NCBI GenBank assembly: GCA_964534625.1
Contig: CAZHRF010000002.1
Coordinates: 85,711 to 149,710, forward strand
Direction: 5' to 3'
Source of the DNA: an uncultured archaeon
GTDB taxonomy: Archaea; Asgardarchaeota; Heimdallarchaeia; Heimdallarchaeales; Heimdallarchaeaceae
Length of the DNA stretch: 64,000 bases
Made by a program: the position numbers and the translations under genes. The notes below the pieces were generated by a model. It saw only the letters and a list, made by a program, of their open reading frames with translations. It had not been told where the DNA came from and made no database searches. Of the stretch, positions 39,444 to 49,563 are shown in pieces. Position 1 is the stretch's first letter. Every line of letters begins with the position of its first letter.

Positions 39444-40076
39444 ATGAAAGAAGAACAAAGGAATGGCGATTTAAGTTTTTGGAAGTCAAATTCTGTGACC
39501 AAAAATCTTCTCCTTTTGATATGGATTACTTATGGGTTTCTGACAATTGTAAATTTACTCTTTTTCACCCAAATTTCTAACTTATATGATGTATTGACTA
39601 TCTCTAATGGATTGTTATATCTCGTAGCGCAGAGTGGGAAAAGAATATTTCAAGGTCATATATATTTGTTATTTACTGCTATAATTGTACATATTGATTT
39701 TCTGCATCTCTTTTCTAATTCTCTTTTCCTAGTTATTTATGGTCTAAGGGCAGAAGAAAGTATGTATAACAAGCATATTTGTTTGGTGTTTATACTTTCT
39801 GCATTTTTAGGAAATATATTTTCTTTAATTATTTTTAATCCAAATACTATAACTGCAGGTTCAAGTGGGGGTGTATTTGGGTTGTTAGGAGCTGATCTTA
39901 TTTTGGGACATGAAGAAAATAATAGTAAATCTATATGGGTTTATATTGCCATAGGCTTTTTTTTTCTAATATTGTCCGCGGGACCCAATATCAATTTTTT
40001 CGCTCATTCAATAGGCATTATCATGGGCCTTTTTCTTACACGTTTTGTTTTTAAATCTCGGATTAACGATAAATAA
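39444..40076 (+). CDS. Rhomboid intramembrane serine protease
   Basis: H...HLFSN, AGSSGG (catalytic Ser), AHSIG (catalytic His), six TMs; longest ORF starts 39399. Confidence 0.9.
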   Translation: MKEEQRNGDLSFWKSNSVTKNLLLLIWITYGFLTIVNLLFFTQISNLYDVLTISNGLLYLVAQSGKRIFQGHIYLLFTAIIVHIDFLHLFSNSLFLVIYGLRAEESMYNKHICLVFILSAFLGNIFSLIIFNPNTITAGSSGGVFGLLGADLILGHEENNSKSIWVYIAIGFFFLILSAGPNINFFAHSIGIIMGLFLTRFVFKSRINDK

Positions 40077-40760
40077 TCATTTTGAATAGAAATACTCCTC
40101 TAATTTTCTATTTTGTTTTGTATACTTTTGTTTTATGTTTTTAATGGTATTCCACGAGTGTCTAACATATAAGGGGAATTTTTTGTGTTTATTATAGTAT
40201 GCTATAAGAAACTTTTTTGTATTGGGATCTGAGGGATACCCCGACCCTATTTTTCTCCCTAATTCTCTCTCTATTTTACGAATTGCTCTATCTCTTTCAA
40301 CTTTTGCGATAATTGAAGCAGCTGAAACTACAGGATAATGCTTATCTGCACCATGTCTTGATATAATAGTTGAATTTGGACATGCTGCTTTAAATGGAAT
40401 ACCAAATCTCTCTTCTTTTACATCCGCAGCATCTATGTATATAGTCGATGGATTGACTTCCAAATCTTTTGCTAATTTTAACATCATTTTTTGTTCAATT
40501 ATATTTAAAGAATGACGTTTCCTTAATTCATCAATATCTATTGCTGTGATGTGATGAGTTTTATATTTAAACGCAAGTTGACATAAAATATCATATAAAT
40601 CATTTCTCTTTTTTTCAGATAAGAGTTTAGAGTCTTTAACACCTAAGTCTGTTAACTTTTTGGTGGTGGATTTTTCTATCGAATATGCACAAATAACTAA
40701 AGGGCCGATTACAGGACCTCTCCCTGCTTCGTCTATTCCCATGATAATCTCAGAACTCAT
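40077..40760 (-). CDS. rnhB: Ribonuclease HII
   Basis: GIDEAGRGPVIGP, DSK, SAASIIAK, GSGYPSD; C-terminal PIP-box-like QNRKLEEYF. Confidence 0.97.
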   Translation of the reverse strand: MSSEIIMGIDEAGRGPVIGPLVICAYSIEKSTTKKLTDLGVKDSKLLSEKKRNDLYDILCQLAFKYKTHHITAIDIDELRKRHSLNIIEQKMMLKLAKDLEVNPSTIYIDAADVKEERFGIPFKAACPNSTIISRHGADKHYPVVSAASIIAKVERDRAIRKIERELGRKIGSGYPSDPNTKKFLIAYYNKHKKFPLYVRHSWNTIKNIKQKYTKQNRKLEEYFYSK

Positions 40761-40768
40761 TTTTCCAC

Positions 40769-41947
40769 CTATTTTTCTAATGTTTCTATTGTTTTTAAAA
40801 GCTCGTAATAGGGAATGTTTGTTTTGATAGCCATAGGATCAAAATGGGTTCTAGTAACGATATGGTTTTTTTCTTTAATGGCATCTATCACGGTCTGAGT
40901 TCTAACTGAGTTCATCTTGAACATTTTAAATAGGTAAGGTAAGTGATAAAAAAGAAAAGGACCATTTACTTCTTCTTGAATTGTTTTAAGGATTTTAATC
41001 AATTGCTTATGGGAAGGTAGATTTAATTTGTCAATAATAGATAACATCTCCTTAATTGTTTTCTGGTCATGTAAACGTCCTAACCATAGAGGACCTACTT
41101 TTTCTAAATCCCTTTGACATTGAGGACATATAGTGGTATGGGTGTATTCTTTTAATTTATAACTTATATAGTATGAGCAATATTTACAAAAGAGTACAAA
41201 ACCAATTAAATCTTGTTGCTTATTTGCTAATTGTTTATTTTTTAATAATTTAATATGTAATCTAAAAAAATGTTGATAACTTAATGAAATAAGGGGGTTA
41301 ATTGCCATACCATGACGACCTGCTGATTTTAAGACAGTATAAAGTAATATTCTAACGGCAATTTCGTGGCACATATATGCATTAGTTGTCATTGAGCCAT
41401 AGATTCTTAAACAAGATTTTTGATACTTACCACATAAAACTTGGTGATCTGTTGCAGTAACAAAAAGATATCCTTCTCTACCCTTTAGAAGACGAATAGA
41501 CATTTCAAGAAATTCGATGGGAGAACCAAAGGGATCTAAATCTATTACATCTATCCCCTTACGATCTGGAAGATATGAAGTAATGAATTCTAGGGCTTCT
41601 GTATTTCTTACAACTACATTACGTTGAATATCCAGTAATTCAATGTTTTTCTCGATGTTTTGTATTGCTAGAGGATTTATATCACATAGGTGAATTTCCT
41701 TTACAAATTCTCGTGGAAGCTCATTAAGAATGCGATATGCTCTAACTCCACAACCAGCAAGAGGATCCAGCATTCGCATATTTTGTTTGTGATTTTCTCC
41801 TAGTGCAAATAAGTGTAAGAGACAAATATCTCTATTAATTGTCATCTTTTGGTTATAAAATACTGAAGAATCATATATATTTGGAGAATCAACAAATAAC
41901 AAAAAGTCTGTTTCTCCTTCTTTAATTGTTTTCCATTTGTTATTCAT
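40769..41947 (-). CDS. trm1: tRNA (guanine-26-N2)-dimethyltransferase
   Basis: VFYN..M..NRD, DLDPFGSP, VTATD, GPLWLG, RTHF. Confidence 0.95.
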   Translation of the reverse strand: MNNKWKTIKEGETDFLLFVDSPNIYDSSVFYNQKMTINRDICLLHLFALGENHKQNMRMLDPLAGCGVRAYRILNELPREFVKEIHLCDINPLAIQNIEKNIELLDIQRNVVVRNTEALEFITSYLPDRKGIDVIDLDPFGSPIEFLEMSIRLLKGREGYLFVTATDHQVLCGKYQKSCLRIYGSMTTNAYMCHEIAVRILLYTVLKSAGRHGMAINPLISLSYQHFFRLHIKLLKNKQLANKQQDLIGFVLFCKYCSYYISYKLKEYTHTTICPQCQRDLEKVGPLWLGRLHDQKTIKEMLSIIDKLNLPSHKQLIKILKTIQEEVNGPFLFYHLPYLFKMFKMNSVRTQTVIDAIKEKNHIVTRTHFDPMAIKTNIPYYELLKTIETLEK

Positions 41948-41958
41948 TTGTTTTCCTC

Positions 41959-42543
41959 TTATACTATCAATCCTTTACCAACAGCAAAAGTTTCTGCACT
42001 TTTTTTGCGAGAAGCTTTGGGTTTATACATTTTGTTAAATCTAAATGAATCTCTAAGTTCAGTGATAAAGTCTTCAAAATCTCTCCCTTGAAATACCTTA
42101 CAGACAAACGCCCCGTCACTATCTAATACTCTTTTTGCAATAAAAAGTGCTCGTTTGGCGAGCATAATCTGAATTGCTTGGTCTCTATCCCAATTTCCAG
42201 ATATATTTGGCGCACAATCGCTTAATATGACATCTACCTTGCCATATTGCTCTTTTATAAGCGAAATAATCCCATCATTCATGATGTCAAATAAAACCGT
42301 TTCAATGTTGTTCTTCTCCCGAAATTTTGGAATATATGCCCTATCAATTGAAACTACTAAACCCGGATTCCCTACATATTCGGATGCTACTTGAGACCAA
42401 CCACCTGGTGAACTCCCTAAGTCAACAACGAGTTGTCCCCGTTTGAAAATTTTGTATTTGTTAGTAATTTGCTTAAGCTTATATGCTGCTCGGGAACGGT
42501 ATCCTTTATCTCTGGCTTTCTTATAATAATGATCTTCACGCAA
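41959..42543 (-). CDS. rlmE: 23S rRNA Um2552 2'-O-methyltransferase
   Basis: GYRSRAAYKL, DLGSSPGGWSQ, SDCAPN, KPKASR..SAE. Confidence 0.95.
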   Translation of the reverse strand: MREDHYYKKARDKGYRSRAAYKLKQITNKYKIFKRGQLVVDLGSSPGGWSQVASEYVGNPGLVVSIDRAYIPKFREKNNIETVLFDIMNDGIISLIKEQYGKVDVILSDCAPNISGNWDRDQAIQIMLAKRALFIAKRVLDSDGAFVCKVFQGRDFEDFITELRDSFRFNKMYKPKASRKKSAETFAVGKGLIV

Positions 42544-42680
42544 AAAGAATCATCCTATAGTTCAATATACAAGAAAGATGAAAATAAGAATTTTATAAAA
42601 CTATAGATTTTGTACCTTAAATTATCATTTTTGATAAAAAATAAAAAATGAACTAAGTGAGGAGTAGTAATGTAATTGGT

Positions 42681-43238
42681 TTAGGCTGTTTTTTTAACTT
42701 CCTCTTTTTCTTCACCATTTTCTTTTTCTTCTTCATCCTCTTCTTCTTCTTCATCCTCTTCTTCTCCTTCAAACTCATCATATTCGACAAATTTGAAAGG
42801 TTGAATGGATGAAGTGTCATCTTCTTCTAATAACCATTCGTTAAATGCTTGGCAAGAAACGGGATTGACTGGGTTACCAATTTCACATTCATGAACATGT
42901 GTGCACGTGAAACAAGGACAAGCTACCATGGTATCCCATGCTATATCTCTCTTCCGAGGAATTGTTAACACAAAATCTTTAACATTGCCAATTTTTATTG
43001 GAATTTTTAAAATTAAGTTGTTAAAGACTAGTTCATCTACTTTTAACTTGATATTTTCGTGGTCTCCTAACAGCTCTAATACCTCTCTGTAAAGCAACTG
43101 ATTATTCTTCGTTCTACTTATCTGCTCTAAAATCTCTTCTCCAAGAGCTAAACTATAACTTCTCTCCGTCTTTATTCGTTGTAATGGTATCACAGGGATC
43201 ACTCTTCTATCTGAATATAAATCGATATTGCTACTCAT
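42681..43238 (-). CDS. TFEbeta / RPC34-like protein (wHTH plus Fe-S motif) with acidic tail
   Basis: PCFTC....C......PVSC..FNEWL four-Cys pattern after a wHTH-like region; poly-E tail. Confidence 0.75.
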   Translation of the reverse strand: MSSNIDLYSDRRVIPVIPLQRIKTERSYSLALGEEILEQISRTKNNQLLYREVLELLGDHENIKLKVDELVFNNLILKIPIKIGNVKDFVLTIPRKRDIAWDTMVACPCFTCTHVHECEIGNPVNPVSCQAFNEWLLEEDDTSSIQPFKFVEYDEFEGEEEDEEEEEDEEEKENGEEKEEVKKTA

Positions 43239-43369
43239 TATTGGATATCCGTTTAAATCTTTTAATGGCGCACTTTTCCTATTAAAATGTTATTTTAATG
43301 ATATATAAATATTAACACAGTGCCAATATGTATTGGAAATATGTATCTATTTCACCAGGGGAATTGTGT

Positions 43370-44758
43370 TTATCGGTTTGTGAGCTTTTTTTTAAGCTGT
43401 TTTTTCCGTTTTAAGAATGTAAAAATCACTGAACAGAACATTACTAGTGGCAAGTAAAAAGAGTATTGTGCTGGTATTGAATCTTTCATTTGATGCTCAT
43501 ATGTAAGTTGTTCTTTTGACCAACCATAACTTGAAAGCGCCATTAATCCATATAAGCATGATTCTGCTGTGATGTTTCTTGAAACTTCATTCATTATGAA
43601 AATTTTTTCATCTAAAAATTCATCTAAAAGTATTTCAAGGCTTTGATTACCGACTGTGTTTAGTTTCATTAGATAAGATAACAAGGAGAAGTAATACTGA
43701 TTGATAATTGAACCATGACTATTCTTATATGGTTTGATTAGTATTTTTAGGTCTTCGGTGGTAAAATCATTTATTATTTTATCATGTAATTGATAGCTAT
43801 TGAAATCGACTGAAAACATTTCATCGGGAATTTTGACCGTTCGAGATACCCCTAAAGTGAAAAGAATGAGATTAAGAGAATAATATTCCCCAAAAAACAC
43901 CATAGCAGAATGATTGTGCATATGATAGAATTTTTCTACTTTACTATCATAGAATTTATACAAAATGGTGTTTAACAAAGATTGTATGATCTTTATCAAA
44001 TCAAAACCTGAAACAATTTTTAAATTGGTCATCAAAACAAATGTGGCAATTGACCATAATGCCAGTGATTGAACATCTAAATAACTGATATTGTTATTAT
44101 TAGACTCAATGAAAAAACCCCATTGAGATGAACTCTCATAACTATAATAAGATTGACAAATCCCCCTCAAGAGGCCATATAGATCATCAACTAGTATGCT
44201 ATACTCAGTACCTCGCAATAGATAGTATGTCTGGGTGACTGTATAAAAACCTAATAATTGATCAAATAAAGCAATTTTTTCAGAAGAATTATGGTACTCT
44301 CGAAATGTATTATCAATAACGAAACTTTGTACAGTATTGTATTCTTGATTAATGAGGGAATAATTTGAAATGTAGTTGGCTCTTGATTGCATTATATAAG
44401 AAAATAAGTTTAATATTTGTAATCTTGTTGTAGGGATTTTGTCTTCAAAATTGAATAGATGGCCTTCCATGTTTGTGAAATTATTTTGAATAATCTGTCT
44501 TGTTTGTTCAATAAGCTTCAATGTTGGGTCTTCTGGTTGGTGTTTTGGTTTGTATACAAGTGGAAAAGTTATTGTTGCGCAGATGATAAGACACACAATC
44601 ACTAAAGCTACTATATTTTCCTTTAATCGCCATTTCAGTTTACGTTTTACATTCTTTCCTTCTTTTAAGCGTTTAACGTTATCCTTGGCTTCTATTAAGT
44701 ACTCTTTAGTTTTCTGAATACTCGTATCAATTGACTTTTTTGCATCTGTTCCAGTCAT
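43370..44758 (-). CDS. Membrane protein with N-proximal and C-terminal TM helices
   Basis: Basic N-terminus, TM at about aa 49-67, helical ectodomain, C-terminal TM plus KRKK. Confidence 0.65.
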   Translation of the reverse strand: MTGTDAKKSIDTSIQKTKEYLIEAKDNVKRLKEGKNVKRKLKWRLKENIVALVIVCLIICATITFPLVYKPKHQPEDPTLKLIEQTRQIIQNNFTNMEGHLFNFEDKIPTTRLQILNLFSYIMQSRANYISNYSLINQEYNTVQSFVIDNTFREYHNSSEKIALFDQLLGFYTVTQTYYLLRGTEYSILVDDLYGLLRGICQSYYSYESSSQWGFFIESNNNNISYLDVQSLALWSIATFVLMTNLKIVSGFDLIKIIQSLLNTILYKFYDSKVEKFYHMHNHSAMVFFGEYYSLNLILFTLGVSRTVKIPDEMFSVDFNSYQLHDKIINDFTTEDLKILIKPYKNSHGSIINQYYFSLLSYLMKLNTVGNQSLEILLDEFLDEKIFIMNEVSRNITAESCLYGLMALSSYGWSKEQLTYEHQMKDSIPAQYSFYLPLVMFCSVIFTFLKRKKQLKKKLTNR

Positions 44759-44767
44759 GCTTATACC

Positions 44768-45532
44768 CTATACTAGTTCATTACTTATTTCTTTTATTTT
44801 GCTCAGAAATTGTTGATTTGGTTTTTCGTCGAATGCATGAATTCTTTCACTTAGTACGCCATAATTGGGTATTTCAAAAACAATATCAAAATTACTTTTT
44901 CCCAATTTGTGAAGTTTCTTTAGATTAGCATTAAATATTTCTTTGTCCCTTTCAACTCCTTCTGTGCCAATTTTGTTGATTAAAAGGATCATTTTTTCGG
45001 TTTCGTCTTTTAACATACCATAAATATTTGAGCATAATTCTTGTAATCCATTTACATCTGATGTAGATGGTGTGGTGACGACGATAATTATGTCCGATAT
45101 CATTAGTGCATCAATCGAACGATAGAAGAAACCTGGAATTGTATCAAGAAACATATAATCATAATTATTCTTTGCGTGTTCTTGCAGATCATATAATTTA
45201 CCTAGGAATTTAGTATCGTCTCGAGAGAGTTTATCTCTTTGATTTGAATGTTGCTTGAGAAATTCCATAGATGAAAGAATTAAATCCAGTTGTTTATCTT
45301 GGTTGAACTTGCAGTTAATTTTAACATTAGAAAAAGTTGCATTATCTAAGAGATAATCCGATAAATAATTTGTTGTATTTGCTACAAAATATGATTGGAA
45401 AGAAGGTGCTCGTAAATCATAATCAACAGCTAAAATGTCCTTTCCATCAATAGCCATTTTTCCAGCTAAATTAAGTAAAAACGTTGTTTTGCCTGTACCT
45501 CCCTTATAAGAATGCGTAGATATAGTTTTCAT
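44768..45532 (-). CDS. MinD/ParA family ATPase
   Basis: Deviant Walker A SYKGGTGKT, DYDLRAPS, LDTIPG, INK. Confidence 0.92.
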   Translation of the reverse strand: MKTISTHSYKGGTGKTTFLLNLAGKMAIDGKDILAVDYDLRAPSFQSYFVANTTNYLSDYLLDNATFSNVKINCKFNQDKQLDLILSSMEFLKQHSNQRDKLSRDDTKFLGKLYDLQEHAKNNYDYMFLDTIPGFFYRSIDALMISDIIIVVTTPSTSDVNGLQELCSNIYGMLKDETEKMILLINKIGTEGVERDKEIFNANLKKLHKLGKSNFDIVFEIPNYGVLSERIHAFDEKPNQQFLSKIKEISNELV

Positions 45533-45900
45533 ATTTCATCTTCCTCTATAAAATATTTGACTTCTGTGCCTGTTTTGCCCGGGTCATCTAAAGGAACTCT
45601 TTCTTTACCAAGTAAACCTGCTTCATGAAGTCTTGCAAGGTATCTTGATTCTAGATTATGTGATCTTCCTGTAACTTCAGCAACTTCAGTACATGTTGCA
45701 GATTCTAGTTTTTGTACAGCAAAATAAGTTTTATGTTGAGATTTGGGAACTTTCATGAGCAACTCTAAAACAGATTTTGGGGTATCGGCAGTTGGTCTTT
45801 CAGAAGCATTTATTGTGTCCATTTTATTTTCAATGTCTTTCAAACGGTCATCAATTCTTTCTAAAACATTAACAATTTTTGTTAAAAGTTTGTCACTCAT
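45529..45900 (-). CDS. Winged-helix DNA-binding protein with N-terminal coiled coil
   Basis: ATCTEVAEVTGRSHNLESRYLARLHEAGLL; ATGA overlap with the ParA/MinD gene. Confidence 0.8.
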   Translation of the reverse strand: MSDKLLTKIVNVLERIDDRLKDIENKMDTINASERPTADTPKSVLELLMKVPKSQHKTYFAVQKLESATCTEVAEVTGRSHNLESRYLARLHEAGLLGKERVPLDDPGKTGTEVKYFIEEDEI

Positions 45901-46014
45901 TAATGCTAAATGAATTTAACATGTTATAAACATATCGCTATGTTGATATGTCTGTGTTGTTACCGACGATTGATATCTAACATATTTAAATAATTGAATA
46001 AACCATGGTAATAC

Positions 46015-46770
46015 ATGAATAAAAATGAACAACTAAAAGAAATAGCTAATATAATACTTGAATCAGATAAGATTACTTTTTTTACGGGTGCAGGTATATC
46101 AGTACCATCCGGAATTCCCGACTTTAGATCACCTACAGGATTATGGGCAAAATATGATCCAATGGAATATTGTAGTATGGTTGGTTTTAAAAAAAACCCA
46201 GATAAAGTATGGGCTTTTTTAACAGATTTATATGAAAAATACAAAGATTACACGCCAAATCAAGCACATTATGCCATAAAAAAAATTCAGGATATAAAAG
46301 GGTCTAATAATGTAATAGTGATAACTCAAAATATTGATACATTACATACAAAGGCTGGAACTGAATCTGTGTACGAAATTCATGGTTCACCTGAAATTGT
46401 CCATTGTGTTGAGTGTTCATTCGAGGAACCGTTGAATGAACACTATTTGAAAATGAAAAGCTGTCCAAGATGTCCAAACTGTAATGCTTTAATGAAACTA
46501 AAAATAATCATTTTCGGGGAACAATTAGATTTAACTGTATTTTCACAAGCAATGAACCATTCGCGAAGTAGCGAGATTGTTATAGGTGTGGGGACGTCTT
46601 TAGAAGTAATTCCTGCTGCCAATATATTTTTGTCTGCTCCACCATACACAAAAAAGGTTTTGTTTAATTTAGAACCCACTTTTTATGGTAAAAAACTAGA
46701 TTATTTTGTCCGCGGTGATGTTATTGAAACTTTGCCTGAACTAGTTTCTATCATAAAAGAAATGGTTTGA
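46015..46770 (+). CDS. cobB: NAD-dependent deacylase, Sir2 family
   Basis: GAGISVPSGIPDFR, TQNID.LH..AG, EIHG, CxxC..CxxC, GTSL. Confidence 0.95.
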   Translation: MNKNEQLKEIANIILESDKITFFTGAGISVPSGIPDFRSPTGLWAKYDPMEYCSMVGFKKNPDKVWAFLTDLYEKYKDYTPNQAHYAIKKIQDIKGSNNVIVITQNIDTLHTKAGTESVYEIHGSPEIVHCVECSFEEPLNEHYLKMKSCPRCPNCNALMKLKIIIFGEQLDLTVFSQAMNHSRSSEIVIGVGTSLEVIPAANIFLSAPPYTKKVLFNLEPTFYGKKLDYFVRGDVIETLPELVSIIKEMV

Positions 46771-46874
46771 TTCTTTCAAATTGAGCGCATATAGCATTAT
46801 TTGTTTTTTATCGAAAAAAAATGGTATATCATAATATCGATATGTTTATATATCCTTATGTTGATATGTTGTGT

Positions 46875-49019
46875 ATGAACAAAAAAAGGACACGAAAACA
46901 ACAAGTATTGTTTTTAATTGTGGTATTTATGATACCCCTATTTATGCACTCTGGATTGGAGACTTCTATAGCTTTAGAAAAATCCCCCACTCCGATTATA
47001 GATGGTTCAATCAATTCAGAAACGAATTCATCCTACCAAACAGAAGTTAACATGCTTACAAATTTGACTTCCTATAGAGAAGATGGCATTCCATCTACAA
47101 GAACACCTACAACTGTTTCTGTGCAATTCAACATAACTAATACTGGTAGTGAAACACTTTTGTTACCTGAATTAAGTGTTGAAACAAGCAATCATGGTGA
47201 AATAGATGATAATTTTAATTCAACTACTGATTATTTAGTTGCAAATACTTCTTGGCTAACCCCCGAATATATCATCAATATTGAAGAATCAGGAAATATT
47301 GCAAGTTCTCCTCTTGATCTATCAATTATACTTGATATTTCAGGTTCTATGCGTGATGAAATAGACGTTTTAGCTAAGCAATTAGTAGACGTAATAGAAG
47401 AAGTTCATTATATGGTACCTGATGTACGTGTGGGGTTAACCTTGTATGGTGGAACGAATGCTCCCGATTTAGAAGATTTCAGCCATATTATTATTTATGA
47501 TTTAACCACAGACATTGAATATATATCTTCTATTTTAGAGTCAACTAAAGCTTCTGGTGGATATGAACCTTTAGGGGATGCCCTTTATTTAACAAAAAAT
47601 GAACTTTCATGGAGAAATAATGCTGTTAAATTGATGGTTCTATTAACTGATGAACCTTGTGACAATGGGTATTATATAGGCGATGAAGACCTTGCTTGGT
47701 CTATTGATTATGATGGTCCATTATTGTATAATTTATTTGAAGAGTTGGCAGCAGATGACTTCATTATCTGTTCTGTAGCTGCATCTGGATCATGTTCATT
47801 AACTTTAAAACAGTTAAATGCTGCTGCTACTATAACTGATGGCACTTTTATTACAATTGGTGGAGAATATCCCCAGACATCAGATATACCAGATATCATA
47901 GGCGAGTTAATAGTTACCTACGCTATTGAGTATAATCTAAAGATAACTACCACCTTGAGTTACTTGAATTCAAGTGATGTTAGAACATATAGTGAATATG
48001 GTTTTTCAATTATACTTGATGATATCCCTCCCCAGATAAGTACCACTACTTATTTGAGTGAGGATTTATACACAGATTTAAAGTATATAACAATCTTAGC
48101 TCATGTAAAAGATATTTCTGGGGTTAATTATGTGGGCATATTCTATAAGTACGACACAATGGATTATTGGCTTGTTTCAAATGCAACAAAACAAGAAAGT
48201 GATTCCTATGCTTTAAAACTTAATTTTACTTTAGATTATGAAAAACTTTACTATAAGGTTTATGCGGAAGATAATTTAGGCAATAGCAATACTACTGCTA
48301 TATATGATGTAAATCTGCTTGCAGTTTTAGAAACAGAAATTCTTGATGTTAATAGAAAGAAAGAATATGTGTTAGAAACAGGAACTTCTTCTAGCCTTTA
48401 TCTATCTGCAGAACCCGATCAAAGTACCTATGGAGTAATAATCTGTGAATATGGTGATCTTGAAGTAATTGTATTAGATGTTAATGAGAGTAAGGTTATA
48501 CTAAATGAAAAATCAACCAACTATATGGGATTCGAGATAATGCAAGGGCACACTATCAAGGTAATTTTGCTCTCTTTATCAGCGTCAATTAGTGCAAGAT
48601 TTTCAGTAAGCCATGCGATCATGCAAACATTTGAATTTGGATCCCAACAATTGATTAACGTTGAATCAGATAGTAGCATTTTATTGAATCTTAATAATGA
48701 AATTGACTCAAATCGGACAAGAAGCATCTTAGCGGATGCTGAGAACATAGGTACAACAATTTATGTCTTTAATGAAAGCTGGGGAATAGAGCTAGTGGGA
48801 CAAAACGAAGTGGAACTCCCAGCAATAAAGTGCTATGTTCTAATAATGCCTGAATATCGTACAGGTGAATTGAATATTTCATTTAATTTTGAGGATTTAA
48901 ATAGCCCAGAATACTATTTCAGAGAAGAGCAAGCGGCTATGAATTTCCCCCTGTTTAGTATCATGTTAGGTATCATATGTATGGGGATAGTGATTATCAC
49001 GAAAAAGAAGAGAAGATAA
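46875..49019 (+). CDS. Surface VWA-domain protein, C-terminally anchored
   Basis: Signal peptide, MIDAS DISGSM, LLTDE, Ig-like repeats, C-terminal TM plus KKKRR; longest ORF from 46821. Confidence 0.85.
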   Translation: MNKKRTRKQQVLFLIVVFMIPLFMHSGLETSIALEKSPTPIIDGSINSETNSSYQTEVNMLTNLTSYREDGIPSTRTPTTVSVQFNITNTGSETLLLPELSVETSNHGEIDDNFNSTTDYLVANTSWLTPEYIINIEESGNIASSPLDLSIILDISGSMRDEIDVLAKQLVDVIEEVHYMVPDVRVGLTLYGGTNAPDLEDFSHIIIYDLTTDIEYISSILESTKASGGYEPLGDALYLTKNELSWRNNAVKLMVLLTDEPCDNGYYIGDEDLAWSIDYDGPLLYNLFEELAADDFIICSVAASGSCSLTLKQLNAAATITDGTFITIGGEYPQTSDIPDIIGELIVTYAIEYNLKITTTLSYLNSSDVRTYSEYGFSIILDDIPPQISTTTYLSEDLYTDLKYITILAHVKDISGVNYVGIFYKYDTMDYWLVSNATKQESDSYALKLNFTLDYEKLYYKVYAEDNLGNSNTTAIYDVNLLAVLETEILDVNRKKEYVLETGTSSSLYLSAEPDQSTYGVIICEYGDLEVIVLDVNESKVILNEKSTNYMGFEIMQGHTIKVILLSLSASISARFSVSHAIMQTFEFGSQQLINVESDSSILLNLNNEIDSNRTRSILADAENIGTTIYVFNESWGIELVGQNEVELPAIKCYVLIMPEYRTGELNISFNFEDLNSPEYYFREEQAAMNFPLFSIMLGIICMGIVIITKKKRR

Positions 49020-49061
49020 AAATGAAAAAAAAGATTTATTTCTTCTTATCTTTTACTTTCT

Positions 49062-49562
49062 TTGTTGGTGATAAATGTAAGAGGGGGTTCGACTTTTTTA
49101 AAAGACCAAACTATCGAAGATCCCGTCGTATTCAATACCCGAGTTGATTTAAGTATAAATCAAACCATATTTTTCTTCCAGATAGAAACAAGTGCAACAT
49201 TTAAGTTTAGCTTGGTTTGTTTAAACTGGGGTAAAAAGATGTCATCTGGATATGCTGGTTTAGTTATACGTATTATTAAAGATAATAATAATCAAACTAT
49301 ACGCAGTTTGATGATATTACACGAAGATACCAATGAGCATATTTTTGAAACAGAAGAGAACATCATTGGGATTATAAGGATATTATTTGCATTAGAAAAT
49401 ATAGAGTCAGTTGATCTATCTTGGCAAACAGCGAAAAAAAATATTTGGAGTTATTCTAATTCATTTTTGATTGACAAAGACCCAATTGATTTTTACTTCG
49501 GTATAGAACGTTCTGAAAATAATTACTCCTTAACTGAACTTTTCTACAAATATTTCTATTGA
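49062..49562 (+). CDS. Probable ectodomain fragment of the RING membrane protein
   Basis: Beta-rich ORF ending 1 nt before the RING ORF. Confidence 0.45.
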   Translation: MLVINVRGGSTFLKDQTIEDPVVFNTRVDLSINQTIFFFQIETSATFKFSLVCLNWGKKMSSGYAGLVIRIIKDNNNQTIRSLMILHEDTNEHIFETEENIIGIIRILFALENIESVDLSWQTAKKNIWSYSNSFLIDKDPIDFYFGIERSENNYSLTELFYKYFY

Positions 49563-49563
49563 A

